DNA of 64,000 nucleotides, from positions 45,725,721 through 45,789,720 of the forward strand of contig NC_068996.1 of the NCBI RefSeq assembly GCF_001194135.2, written 5' to 3'. Under the pieces are notes generated by a model that did not search any database, was not told the origin of the DNA, and saw only the letters and a program-made list of their open reading frames with translations. This stretch comes from Octopus bimaculoides (Eukaryota). The stretch's first letter is position 1, and each line of letters begins with the position of its first letter. The position numbers and the translations under genes were made by a program. Shown in pieces: positions 25,727 through 38,109 of this stretch.

Positions 25727-26899
25727 NNNNNNNNNNNNNNNNNNNNNNNNNNNNNNNNNNNNNNNNNNNNNNNNNNNNNNNNNNNNNNNNNNNNNNNNNN
25801 NNNNNNNNNNNNNNNNNNNNNNNNNNNNNNNNNNNNNNNNNNNNNNNNNNNNNNNNNNNNNNNNNNNNNNNNNNNNNNNNNNNNNNNNNNNNNNNNNNNN
25901 NNNNNNNNNNNNNNNNNNNNNNNNNNNNNNNNNNNNNNNNNNNNNNNNNNNNNNNNNNNNNNNNNNNNNNTATATATATATATATTCTTTCTTTTACCTG
26001 GTTTCAGCGTAAACTACAGGTTGAACGATTCAGGTGAAGTTTTGTAAATTTAAACCTTTCAGATCTCGAATTTGATTTTTTTTTTTTTTTTTACTGTTTG
26101 ATTAATAGCCATAACAGGAGCATTTTGTAAATTCTTGAAACTTTCTGTAAACATCATCGGATGTTATGAGCTGAGAAATCAAAACATCATTTATGCTTGA
26201 TTTTAGCTTTTCGTACAACTGTACCATCTATCTCCAGTTTTTTGCTTTCTGTCTGTTTCTCTGTCTCTGTATCTTTATCTATCTATACAGCCAGTTATCT
26301 CTAGCTTTACTTCTATTTCTTCTAGACTATGACAATGTTCTATCTTTTACTCTTCGCACTTGAAACTATATTATCTTTTGATCAGCAGACATCGAGCAAA
26401 AATCACATATTGTGTTTAACGTTAATTTTTAGATTTCGTGTACATTTGCACGTATGTGCATCTTTGTGGATATGAAAAACTTCAATTACGAAGAAATAAA
26501 TATATTTCATTATTGATGCCAGTTCCTGGTGATCAGAGTCTATCACCTGCCATCGTTTCCCCGAGAAAGCTATTTAGTTTTTTGATCCCTACCGTTCAAG
26601 TAAAAGGCATGAACATCTCTTAATCAAATTTCTTCTGTCAATGATTGGACTTGAGAGCGTGTAAGAAATTAGCTCTTTCTGTCTCTACCTGTCTCTCGCA
26701 AACATTCACATATATTTATAGACGAGAGATTTAATTTAACCAACAAACAACCAAGTGTGTATGTAATTGTAAATATAAGTGCGGAAGCAGGTAAAAGCAG
26801 TAGTAGTAGAGCAAATAATGCTTTATCTTTTTTGTGTAAGCACTCGACAACATCTGTAATGACACTGTATTCTGTGTCAAAGTTCACTAAAGTGTGGGG

Positions 26900-27840
26900 T
26901 CGGTGGGCTGACGACTGAAGCTAAAGAAAGTATAACTGCTCCCAATTTGATTTCCTTCATGGAGGTTCTTTAGGGTCACATATTTTTGATTATTATAGGG
27001 TTGTAATTGGGTACTATGTATGAACGATAAACAACAAGAATGAAGAGGGTGGTGAATATGTACGTGAGTGGGAGTGAGTATGGGAGGATAATAGGGAGGT
27101 GGTATGAAAGGCGAGCTTGTAATGTAAGGGTGGAAGTAAAATAGAAAATAATGGGAAGGGAAGGTGGGAATGCTAAGATGGAAAGAATGAGAAAGTAACA
27201 AAAGGAAGAATGAAATATCAGTGAAGGTCGGAGATAATGATTATGAAAGCTGGAAGAGCAATGCGAAAGGAAATGTGTGATGAACGAAGAAGACCATGAA
27301 TGAGAAGAGGGAAAATAGATCCCATAATAACGAAACGCAAGAAAACACTAAGCAGTTTGCTTGTGTCTACGCTAGAAGGGTCTCGTCTATAAACCAGATT
27401 TTACTCATTGTATAGTGATACACCGGAGCGATGCATTTGGCCCTTAGATTCGCCGCAAATTTTTGAGTAGATGAAAGTATTAGGATACTTACAAAACTTT
27501 AGTGTTATTAATGCACACTGCACCAGCTGTACGTGTGTAGTCCTTTGTAGTAAAATGCATTGAAAGCACCATTCCGTTTTAAAAGCCATCTTAATTTGTG
27601 CTCCAATATAAAACATCCGAAAATTTAATGTTATATCTTAATGTTCATTCTTTGTTTGGCGAAATAATATGTTAGGTATAGAAAACGATAGAAATTATTT
27701 GTTACATTTCTTTTAAAAATTGTAGTAATCTGTGACGTTGATGGCTCTTTCCATATGTCATTAACGATAATGACTGCATATAAATTTTCAGGATTCCAAT
27801 TACATTTGCATTTGGAAAGATTTAACATATTAAAGCTAAT
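26900..27840 (-). mobile_element. Possible decayed Penelope-like 3' portion (endonuclease-like codons, pyrimidine-rich UTR, eroded HHR)
   Basis: Minus ORFs 27631-27828 (KCKCN...) and 27401-27616 (FYIGAQIKMAFK, YIG...FK-like), followed by a C/T-rich tract and ccctaaagaacctccatgaaggaaatc, an eroded CUGANGA...GAAA. Weak. Confidence 0.3.
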
Positions 27841-27954
27841 AAATGAAATGTTTGCTTAAAGGAAAAATAGATATATTTTATGTATTTTGACGCAGCTAAT
27901 TCAGATGTGACAGACGCAAAGAAAAAAAAAAGATACTAGCCGAAGCACTAGTTT

Positions 27955-28140
27955 TTCAAACCACTGACGATGCTTTCTTGGACATTATTGCTCCTAAACT
28001 CTAAGCTACAAACAGCAGAGGCTTTGTACCATTACTCCGTAGAAATTTGCAGTACGGGATATATTGCGTTCTTATGACTATACTTGATTAGAAGAAAAGT
28101 TCTAACCACTTTGACTGTCATCATATTCTATTATTATTTC
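27955..28140 (+). mobile_element. Decayed pLTR-like repeat, tentative
   Basis: aaaccactgacgatgc...cctaaactc: CUGACGA core with an eroded GAAAC. Resembles an octopus repeat I recall; not verifiable here. Confidence 0.25.
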
Positions 28141-28446
28141 AAATTCGCGAAGCCTTACTTTTCTGCTTCTTTTTAAGAAGTTCCCAGTTTCAAACTCCCA
28201 GGAAATATTCTGTACTTTTGTGCACCTCTGCAAGTTGTAAAACTACTTGCAAACAGGGTCAAACGCATTCCAGCCACCCAAATTTACTTTATTAAATGTA
28301 AAAAAAATAAATAAATAAAACACGTTAGTATTTGTGCTCTTCCTTTCAAAACAGTATCTCGTGATTTGAGATTTAGCTGCCATGACAAGAACTCCTTCGT
28401 TGACTTGTGTTTCCGAGGTCATCAGTCAGTTAAACCAATACCAAAT

Positions 28447-28617
28447 TTATTCGTCTGTCTTTATGTTCTGAGTTCAAATTCCGCCGAGGTCGACTTTGCT
28501 TTTCATCCTTTCGGGGATCGATAAATTAAGTACCAGTTGAATACTGGGGTCGATGTAATCAACTTAGCCCCTCCCCCGGAATTTCAGGCCTTGTGCCTAT
28601 ATTAGAAAGGATTATTT
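28447..28617 (+). mobile_element. SINE-B copy, 5'-truncated
   Basis: gttctgagttcaaattccgccgaggtcgactttgcttttcatcctttcgggg...tttcaggccttgtgcctatattagaaaggattatt. Confidence 0.92.
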
Positions 28618-28965
28618 ACCGAATTTGTAACAATCAGTTCCACGTCAATGATGGTAATAAGCAAGAGACAGTGGTCACGAAAACCATTCTGAAAAGCATT
28701 CATTTATTGCTATGACTCACTTGCAAAGGCCAACCATCGGTAGTAACGTTCGATTACTTCTGGGCCTGCTAAGACTTTACATATAAAGATGAATTCGTGA
28801 GCGAGAAAGAAAACATAAAAGTACAACGCGTATACAAAAACTAAGATAAATTTTCTCTTTTTTTATTTATACCATTATTTATTTCTTGCTTCCTCTTTTA
28901 TTCTTCCTCCAATTATTTTTATAATAGTATCTGGTAAGGTAGACCCCCTCCACTTTATTTATAAA

Positions 28966-29135
28966 CCGTATTTTAACGTGTATAAGGAACCCTTTTTTTT
29001 TTTTTTTTGTCAAAACTTAAGTTAAAAAATATGGGAGTTTCTTATCCACGGATAATATTATAATCCCTTACAAAACCTTTTAACAAATTTTAAGCGCAAA
29101 AGATTAGGGGGTTCCTTATACATGTTGAAATACGG
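28966..29135. mobile_element. Tc2/pogo-like MITE (170 bp)
   Basis: 27-bp TIRs ccgtattttaacgtgtataaggaaccc / gggttccttatacatgttgaaatacgg with 2 mismatches; TA immediately right of the element. Confidence 0.75.
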
Positions 29136-29783
29136 TAGTTATTTCTTAACAAACAACCAATCGCAATGGGCCCTAAGAAAGAAATTTCAGAGCCAAAATT
29201 ATCATTATGCTTTTCTTTTTACAATAGTATCTAAGGTAGACCTTTCCACCTTTTTGTTTTTGTTTTTTTGTAATTATTTCTGGACAACCAACCGTAATAA
29301 CCGCATTGTACATTAGGAAAGTACAAAGAGACGAAATCTTTATTATTATTATTATTATCATTATTATTATTATTTTAAGAAAATACTTGTGTGGACATTG
29401 TTTTCTGTTTCATCCTTAAATACCAGGCATACGTATCTTCATTAGATCATTTTAGAACTTAAAAGGAATCTGTTACACTGACATTCCAACAATATAATAC
29501 AACTCGATCAACAACATCCTGTTATTATAAACACTATACCCCCGATTTATCTACTTGACGCTTTTCGTTTTCTATTTTATTTTTTTATTTCTGAAATTAA
29601 AGCTACCTTAAATCCCTACTTAGTATTCGAGGAATTCTCGTAAATATTTGAGTTTATTTGATACGACTAATATATATTATATGTACTTAAAAAAAAAATC
29701 ACTTTTGTTGCTCAGTATAGTGTTTCCGCTTCTCAAGGCAATAAAAGACGGGACAGCGGAACAAGAAATGATAGTGTCATATG

Positions 29784-30100
29784 AGATGATAGATGGATGG
29801 ATGGATAGATAGATGGATGGATGGATGGATGGATAGATGGATGGATAGATAGATAGATGGATGGATAGACAGACAGATAGATGGATGGATAGATAGATAG
29901 ATAGATAGATGGATAAATGGATAGATGGATGGATAGATAGATGGATGGATAGATGGATGGATAAATGGATAGATGGATGGATAGATAGATGGATGGATAA
30001 ATGGATAGATGGATGGATAGATAGATAGATGGATGGATAAATGGATAGATGGATGGATAGACAGACAGATAGATGGATGGATAGATAGATAGATAGATAG
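29784..30100. repeat. (GATG/GATA)n compound microsatellite
   Basis: Directly visible. Confidence 0.95.
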
Positions 30101-30211
30101 TTATAAACAGCCTCTCTCTCTCATATCTATGTATGTATATGTATATTTTGTACGTAATATTATAGAATAAAACGTTCAATGCAGACAGATTAAATGGATG
30201 CTTATGCAGTA

Positions 30212-30254
<43 letters not shown>

Positions 30255-30399
30255 CTCCACAATCACATAAAGTGTGTAAACAACTAAAAAAAACAACATA
30301 ATAGACTTCATTGAAAGTGGTATTCTCGTTGTTAAAGTTTGGTGACTTTAACGAACTCGTTGGAAAATAGCAGGATGGCTGTTCTGTGCATGGCAATAC

Positions 30400-30590
30400 G
30401 AATAAAGAGAATTACGGTGAACACGCTTTGCTGTATCGTTCCAGGCTCTTTACGTTCTGTGTTCAAATTCCGCCTAAGTCATTTTCGCTTTTTAAGGTCG
30501 GAAAATAAAGTACTAGTCAAGTACTGGAGATCGATGGCATCGGCTAAACCTACTCTCGCTATTGAAGGCTTTATCCTTAAATCAGAAACA
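30400..30590 (+). mobile_element. Degenerate SINE-B
   Basis: tctttacgttctgtgttcaaattccgcc...agtactggagatcgatg. Confidence 0.7.
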
Positions 30591-30935
30591 ATTAATATAC
30601 AGCTAATAACAAATGCTAAAATATTTATTACTCGAGAAATGAAACACACAACATAGATTGGCAATTAGCGAGCTAAGAATAAATGTTTGTTTGACTCGAA
30701 CAGAAAACCAAGATACTGAAGGAAGATATGGAAGCGAAATGATCCTACTATCTCGAGTAACTTCCAAGAAGCATTCCGGAATACTCATAAGGAAGAAAAG
30801 ATAGTGACAAAAGGGACAACTGGGCATGTTGCGAAACAACTTACTGTGAGCTACAGAATCTCATAGTGAGCTTGTGGATAGAGCAAGATTCAAGTTCCAG
30901 TCAGGAAGAAGGTTTAATTCATTCGAATAGTTTAT

Positions 30936-30999
30936 AAAAGCTAATACAAGGGTCCAAAAGCTAATACAAGGGTCCAAAAGCTAATACAAGGGTCCAAAA
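30936..30999 (+). repeat. Perfect 20-bp tandem repeat x3
   Basis: (aaaagctaatacaagggtcc)3. Confidence 0.95.
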
Positions 31000-31710
31000 T
31001 GAGTAAAAGAAAGGGGCGAAACAAGTAACATTGTCAGATAGTTAGAGAAGCAATATGCCAAGTATTTCATGCAAAGAGAAAAACCGTGAATTAGTGGCTT
31101 GTGACACAATCCAGAGCACCGCATGACGTAGGATATCGGCAATGCATCCAGTGTAAAGCAGGGTCGCTCAATCGATGTTGGCGACAAGTGTATACGGAAT
31201 GATAGCACCGCGCTTACCTCCAGGGAAGCTGGAACGAATTATTGACACGATACTACGGACATTTGTTGCATGAGAATACGGTGGAAGTGGAGAGGATTCC
31301 CTGATATCATTATCGATCGATCTGATTTACTGACCCAATAGGGGGATCAAGGAACGAAAAAAAAAAAAAGAAAAGAAAGTAGCAGAACCATCGAGGATAG
31401 TCATCGAGATGCTGGAAATACCAGATGAAGTAAGATATTAAACGGGATGCTTTAAACACAAAGACTGGCAAAGGCATCATTATCATGAACTCTACAAGAA
31501 TAAAGATATTTTAGAAAGAAGTAATAAGTATTAAAGTGAGGTAAATATATTTTAGTAAAGCGGAAAGTATTACTACTACTACTACTATTACTACTACTAC
31601 TACTACTGCAAAGATGTAGCCTTAGTCAGTTTCCCTTACGTTTTTAGACAGATATAAAACAAATAAGGAATAATTCATTATATTCAATGTAATGAATCAT
31701 TTAACTAAAA

Positions 31711-31930
31711 TAATCTTTTCTTCTCTAGGCACAAGGCCCGAAATTTTGTGGGTGGGTGGGGAAGCCGATTAGATCGACCCCAGTACGCAACTGGTACTTA
31801 ATTTATCGAGTCCGAAAGGATGAAAGGCAAAGTCGACCTCGGCTGAATTTGAACTCAGAACGTAAAGACAGACGAAATGCCACTAAATATTTCGCTCGGC
31901 AATCTAACGTTTCTTCCAGCCCACCGCCTT
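31711..31930 (-). mobile_element. Full-length SINE-B copy
   Basis: Reverse complement starts aaggcggtgggctggaagaaacgttag (tRNA-like head), has B-box-like gagttcaaattc, the central gtcgactttgcctttcatcctttcgg domain and the ggccttgtgcctaga tail. Confidence 0.93.
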
Positions 31931-32620
31931 ATAAGCGCACTAAAATAATACAAACGATGTAAGTTTACCCAGAAGCCCTCTTCAGTTTAGTAAAAAGTTG
32001 AGCTTCCGCAAAAAACTTTCAGCTTTCATTTTACTACACAGAATTCCCCACATCCGCCTATTTTGCTCATTCAAGCTTTCGCAATTATAAAGCGAATGAA
32101 AAATATATCCACGTTTGTTTTGTTACTTTTTCTACACTTTTTTTTTTTTAATATTTTTTTTTTTCCTTTAACGGAGCCCGTGAGGTACGTGAGCACGTGT
32201 GTTGTAGATGTTTGCTAATACAGATAACCCTTTAACCTGCAAATCTGAAGTATGCTCAGCGAGTTTACCGATTACTATGCAGTGTTGTATCTATTATCGC
32301 AAATAGTATTATTCTTTTGTAAATGTGCATTCTATGTCACTTTCCGTACATGTAATCATGTCAACCACAGTTTTCTAGTGAAGTTGTGCTTTATGAGAGA
32401 GAGGGAGAGGGAGAGGGAGAGAGAGAGAGAGAATCTCCGAGTTACACATAACTGACTTTATGAATTAACTCTCAATAACAATGCTTTATTGATGAACTGA
32501 TTAAAAAATGTGGGAAGATTAACGCACTGCAACTGCTATATGTATGTATGTGTTAATGTGCGTGTATATGTATGAGTATGGGTTAATGTGTGTGTGTATA
32601 TATATGTATGTATGTATGTA

Positions 32621-32675
<55 letters not shown>

Positions 32676-32734
32676 ATATGCATGTATGTGTATATATATA
32701 TGTGTGTATATATATGTATATATATATATATATA

Positions 32735-33783
32735 TATATACATGTCCTCTCTCGGGCATGCTCTCAGCCCTGACGGACATGCCCTCAGCCATAGGGTCAG
32801 CGACACTTACTAGCTACGCCGGCAATACAAAAGTATCGCAGGCGGTCAAGGGTTCTACTGATATCCTAAGACTGCAGAATGACCAGAACGCAATAAATAA
32901 GTGGGCAGATGAGAATAATATGCAGTTCAACGCCGCAAAATTTCAAGCACACCGCTATCATCCCACAAACAAACTACAACTGAAGTACACGTGACCAGCT
33001 GACAATGTACTCCCAGAGTTAGTTGGTGCGCGATCTTGGAATTCACATGAGCAACGATGCAACATCCAATGTGCACATTGCTTAGATGACAACATCATGC
33101 ATGCGGGTAGCAGGTTAGATCTTTAGACCCTTCAGGACCAGGAACAGAGACGCAATGCTTCTGCTTTGGAGAACCTTTGTCCTCAGTCTTCTGGATTACT
33201 ACTCCCAGCTGTGGTCTCCACAGAGCATAAAACTAATTGCTGAACTAGAAGCGATCATACACCACTACACAAAGACGTTATTCAGCAAAATACATGGGCT
33301 ACTGGGAAAGGTTCTGGGAACTAGGACTCTACTCCCTGGGGAGGAATCGTGAGAGAGATGCAGTGCTATACATATGGAAAATAATGGAGGGTCTAGTTCC
33401 AAATTTCGGAATGGAAATCTACCAATAATCCCAGAACTGGACAGCACTGCACAGTACCAAAGGTCCCATCTTCTCTATTGAGGATACGAACCCAACCTTG
33501 TAATAGCTTGGGATTCAAAGGACCATAACTTTTTAATACCCTGCTACAGAACATCAGAGATTTGTGAGGTGTGGACATAGAAGTTTTCAAAAAACATCTG
33601 GACAGTTTTTATCTGCAATACCGGAAGAACCCACACCGTGGCAGGAGGCACAAAGAAGAGCGGCAACTTGCAACTCGCTACTTCACCAGAAGCAATACTA
33701 GAAAAATTCCCGGATGCAGTAATGGCGGTGCACCAGCATGGCCTCAACCTCAGCCTCTAGCTGAAACCTGCAAAAGATAAAAA
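32735..33783 (+). mobile_element. 5'-truncated CR1/L2-type LINE (RT C-terminal half + 3' UTR), pseudogenised
   Basis: SYAGNTKV (degenerate YADDT, 32815-32829), LQNDQNAINKWADENNMQFNAAKFQ, LWRTFVLSLLDYYSQLWSP...IAELEAI, VFKKHLDSF; multiple frameshifts and stops. Confidence 0.9.
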
Positions 33784-33866
33784 CTATATACATGTATGTG
33801 TATATATATGTATATATATCAAAAGGATGTGTTATAATACTATTCCACAGCCATACCAACAATGTG

Positions 33867-33899
<33 letters not shown>

Positions 33900-33901
<2 letters not shown>

Positions 33902-33960
33902 TTCTTTCATTTGCCTGCGACCATGCTGGTGCACTGCTTTGAAGGTTTTAGTCAAATACA

Positions 33961-34006
<46 letters not shown>

Positions 34007-34170
34007 ACAGACACAAACGACGGATTTCTTTCAGTTCCTCTGTATCCACTCACAAGGTATGCCACTGGCCGGTCCGTGGCTACAGTAGAAGACATTTGCC
34101 CAAGGTGATGCGCAGTGGAACCAGACCCAAAACCATGTGACGGCAAACGCGCTTCTTAACCACACAACTA
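33900..34170 (-). mobile_element. SINE-A copy with internal deletion
   Basis: Tail at 33900-33963 and head/core at 34015-34170, joined by (TG)n. Confidence 0.8.
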
Positions 34171-35486
34171 TCTGATCTATCGTATATCTGGGTAACACTG
34201 TTGGCACGAGAGAAGCGGTTGCCGAAGATTCCTATTTTTTAATTATTGTTAGACTCAGTTAAGCTTCAGTGAAGATAGACTTTTGATCAAAGCATTGTTA
34301 TGGTGATCAGAGTTTTTTAATGTCTTATTATCAGAGATATAACTACTTAATGTCCTTTGCGTATGATATCAGAAATATTTCGCTGTTATTACTAGCATGC
34401 CTCCCTTATTAGTACGTTTTAATTACATATAATTTTTTTTTAAAAACGACAAGCTGTTTCAAACGTAGAGTCAAACGAACTGAACAGTTTTGAATCATGA
34501 AAATATATTCATATAAATATAGGCAATCGAATATACATAAAAAGAATAAAGCAATCTAAAAAAGCAAAACTGCAAATCTATCGATCATCAACCTCTACCT
34601 GACATTTATCAGTAAATGATACCAGTAAAAATATCGATATTACCGCAGAATAAAAACAACAAAAAATAAAATTCAACACTAGTGTTTTTTTTTAAACTTT
34701 TGAATGTTTCCCTCAAATTAACATCAATTTTTGGAATTTATTTCTCTCACCCCTACCATATCCCTCCGCTTGTACTTTATAAGCAATATTTTCTAAAATT
34801 TGAGAAACGGCTTGCTAGAAACGTCAATCGTTAATTATTTAATTTTTAAGTAATTTTTAAAGTTCTGAATTTAAACACGGTGATAATCGATATTTTCCCG
34901 ATCGATAATATAAATATCAGTACAGAACATAATGTTGTTTAGTCCCATCCAACCCTGATGTAGCTGACCTCTGTCCAAACTTATTCCAGCTGTCACCGTC
35001 CCATTGAAGGTTTTTTTTTTTTGTTTCCTTTTTCTAATTACTTTGTGTCTAACTACATTATTCAATGTGTCCATTTTTTGTGTGTATTTATTTTACGGTG
35101 ATACCGTGCTGAGAGATTTCGTTGCTATTTCTAGAAGGTTCAATGATACTAAAACTTCCCTTTTTTAAGCTCTCGTATAGAGCATTACAATCGATTGATT
35201 TCTTTTTATCCGGTACAAAAAGAAAAAACATAGTATGGGGGCTGTGTTAATTGAATCAACATAATCTTTTTGTTTGTTTTTGTAATTTTTCCTTTTGACT
35301 ACCGAAACGTTTGTTAGAAAACGAGTAAATAGAGCGCTAGCAATCATTAGATAACGTAGTCTTGAACGGGCAAAGAAGCTATTATTTGGACATTTTCGAT
35401 CAAAGTTCGCTTCGATCAAGATTTGCCTAAAACTGCATATCGCTGCAGCTGCTACTACTACTACTTCTACTACTAATAATAATAAT

Positions 35487-36095
35487 AATCCTTTCTACTA
35501 AAAGCACAATGCCTCATATTTGGTGGAAGGAGACTAGTCGGTTACAACGACCTCAGTATTTCACTGGTACTTAATTTATCGACCATGAAAGGTAAAGTCG
35601 ACCTCGGCGGAATTCGAACTAAGAACATAAAGACGGACGAAATGCCGCTAAGCATTTTTTCCGGCACGCTAACGATTCCTCTGCCTCGGTGTCATAATAA
35701 TAATAATAATAATAATAATAATTCTATTATAGGCACAAGGCCTGAAATTTGGGGGGAGGAGACAAGTCGATTACATTGAACCCTAGTACTCAACTGGTAC
35801 TTATCTTATCGAACCCGAAGGATGAAAGGTAAAGTCGACCTCGGTGGGATTTGAACTCAGAATGTAGTGACAGACGAAATACCGTTAAGCATTTCGCCCA
35901 GTGTGCTAACGATTCTGCCATCTACAGAATTACAAAAATAGTTTCAAATTTTGCCACAAAGGCAGCCATTTTGTGAGAGGGGGAAATGTCGATTACATCG
36001 CCTCCTCCCGCCCCAGTTTTTCACTGGTACTTAACTTATCGACCCCCAAAAGGATGAAAGGCAAAGTCCACCCCAGCGGAATTTGAATTCAAAGC
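35487..36095 (-). mobile_element. Head-to-tail cluster of three SINE-B copies
   Basis: Copies at about 35487-35690, 35720-35922 and 35940-36095; the first two are separated by (TAA)n. Confidence 0.9.
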
Positions 36096-36112
36096 GTATG
36101 TATATACATATA

Positions 36113-36278
36113 TACGACGGGCTTCTTTCTGTTTCCGTCTACCAAATCCACTCACAAGGCTTTGGTCGGCCCGAGGCTATAGTAGAAGACACTTGCCCAA
36201 AGTGCCACGCAGTTGGACTGAACCCGGAACCATGTGGTTGGTAAGCAAGCTACTTACCACACAGCCACTCCTACGCCT
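36113..36278 (-). mobile_element. SINE-A 5' half, young-looking
   Basis: Near-identical reverse complement of 8361-8525. Confidence 0.95.
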
Positions 36279-36814
36279 AATTACTACTTTTTTCCTTTTT
36301 TTTTTATATCAGAACATAAAGAGTCGGGATAAATATCACAAAGCATTTTCCTCCCCCGATGCTCTACCGACTCTGCGACGAATAATCATCTCAAATTTCG
36401 GCGTTAGGCCACCATCTTTACAAGAAGGAAGTTAGCTAATACATCGATAGGAAATATGTAATAAAAAAAACAACATTATCTTGGTCCAAAACTCCAACGA
36501 TTTGGCTAGATTGCTCTTTTTCCAACCTGCTCACTCTGGTTATGCTGACGTATCACCCATTAGCAGTATGAATAAATTAGGTTGGATAACAAATTTCGTA
36601 AATTAGTGAGTTATGAATTAATGACATATGAACAATTGAATTTATAAATAACGGCAAATAAAACATTTGCGAATTCACAATTCTCCCAAAGTGTGCGCGC
36701 GCAGGGAAAGCAAAACACACATAAGCTAAAAAGTATGATGACCAGAAAATTGTTGGTCAATCCCTGGAGGGTACTGATCTATCAACAGTGACTGCTTCGT
36801 CATTATATATATAT

Positions 36815-37030
36815 AACGGACGGAGATGTACTTGCATAGCAAGTGACCTGATCTGAGATCAGGTATGCTGAAACAAAAACAATTGCAGCGTGGAAGGTGT
36901 TTATAAGCCGTTTAAGAAACACACAAAAACTGTTAGATTCACTTCAACATTTAAATTTAATTTGCCAAAATATTTTCGTCGCTTTGAAACCGCGACCTGT
37001 TCACTGACAAAATTCTGTACTGCATCTATA
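36815..37030 (-). mobile_element. pLTR-like repeat carrying an HHR motif and a 19-bp palindrome
   Basis: Contains the HHR at 36961-37011 and the palindrome acctgatctgagatcaggt (36846-36864). The repeat identity is recalled and was not checked. Confidence 0.55.
36961..37011 (-). ncRNA. Minimal hammerhead-ribozyme-like motif with G3-C8 compensatory core
   Basis: UUUGUCA GUGAACA G GUCGC gguuucaaa GCGAC GAA AAUAUU U UGGCAAA: 7-bp stem I (one G-U), 5-bp stem II, palindromic stem III, UUU triplet. Confidence 0.7.
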
Positions 37031-37374
37031 AAAATATATGTTAGCCTTCCGCCATTTTTAGGCTGATATTATCATTTGAGGGGTGAGTTGGTTGCTACTT
37101 TTAGCACAGATTGAGTGTTCACATGAAGGCTCCCTTGTCTCACGAACTGTAAAAGCTAACAAACCCTGCAAGTAGAAAAGTCTTTGTGATGAGGGAGCAT
37201 AATGCAAGCGTAGCTTGCATTTGCTGGTTGGCTGGTTGGTCGGCTGGTTAGCAGGCTGACTGACTGCCTAGCTGGTGCCGCATAGAATGCGACAGTGTCA
37301 GAAAAGAACAACATTCAGTGCGAGAGAATTGGATCGATAAACACATACGTACACACACACACACATACATACAT

Positions 37375-37435
<61 letters not shown>

Positions 37436-37868
37436 CGCACATACACATACATGCAAGCTTACCTGTGTAGCAAATAAATAAATGAAAACGGGATTAGGTA
37501 AGGAGAGAAACTGTTGTGTCGTTACAGGTAAAATGTGTGTGTGTATGTGTTGTGGGGGTACGAATTATTCTGCCGGTTGTTTTAACATCTGTTTTAGGTA
37601 GAAAAGAAAGTAAAAGAAATAATATAAAGGAATTTTTTTGTTGTCTTTTAGTATAAAAAAAAACAAACAAAAAAAAACACACAGAAAAAGAAAAAATAGA
37701 AAACCCCATAAAATGGAAAGCATTTAAAAGCATTATCTATTGACTTTGTTGTCAAGTGTGATATTATCCGGGGAAATGTGAGGATCCCGATATCGGGGAG
37801 GAAAAAACACAAAATAAGGACGAGCAAAAAGGGTTGGTTGTGGAAAGGAAAAATAAGAAATTGAGGAT

Positions 37869-37870
37869 GT

Positions 37871-37921
<51 letters not shown>

Positions 37922-38075
37922 GCAGCAGTAGTACTGATGATGATGGTGGTGGTGGTAGTAGTAGTAGTAGTGATGGTGGTGGTGGTAGTGGTAGTAGTAG
38001 TACTGATGATGGTGATGGTAGTAGTAGTAGTAGTAGTGATGGTGGTGGTGGTAGTGGTAGTAGTAGTACTGATGA

Positions 38076-38109
<34 letters not shown>

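Noticed and set aside
28395-28430. Minus-strand CUGAUGA...GAAAC...GUC
   Set aside because: Stem II is a single pair and stem I does not form.
29733-30311. 192-aa ORF with IYPS/IHPS repeats
   Set aside because: Translation of a (GATG/GATA)n microsatellite.
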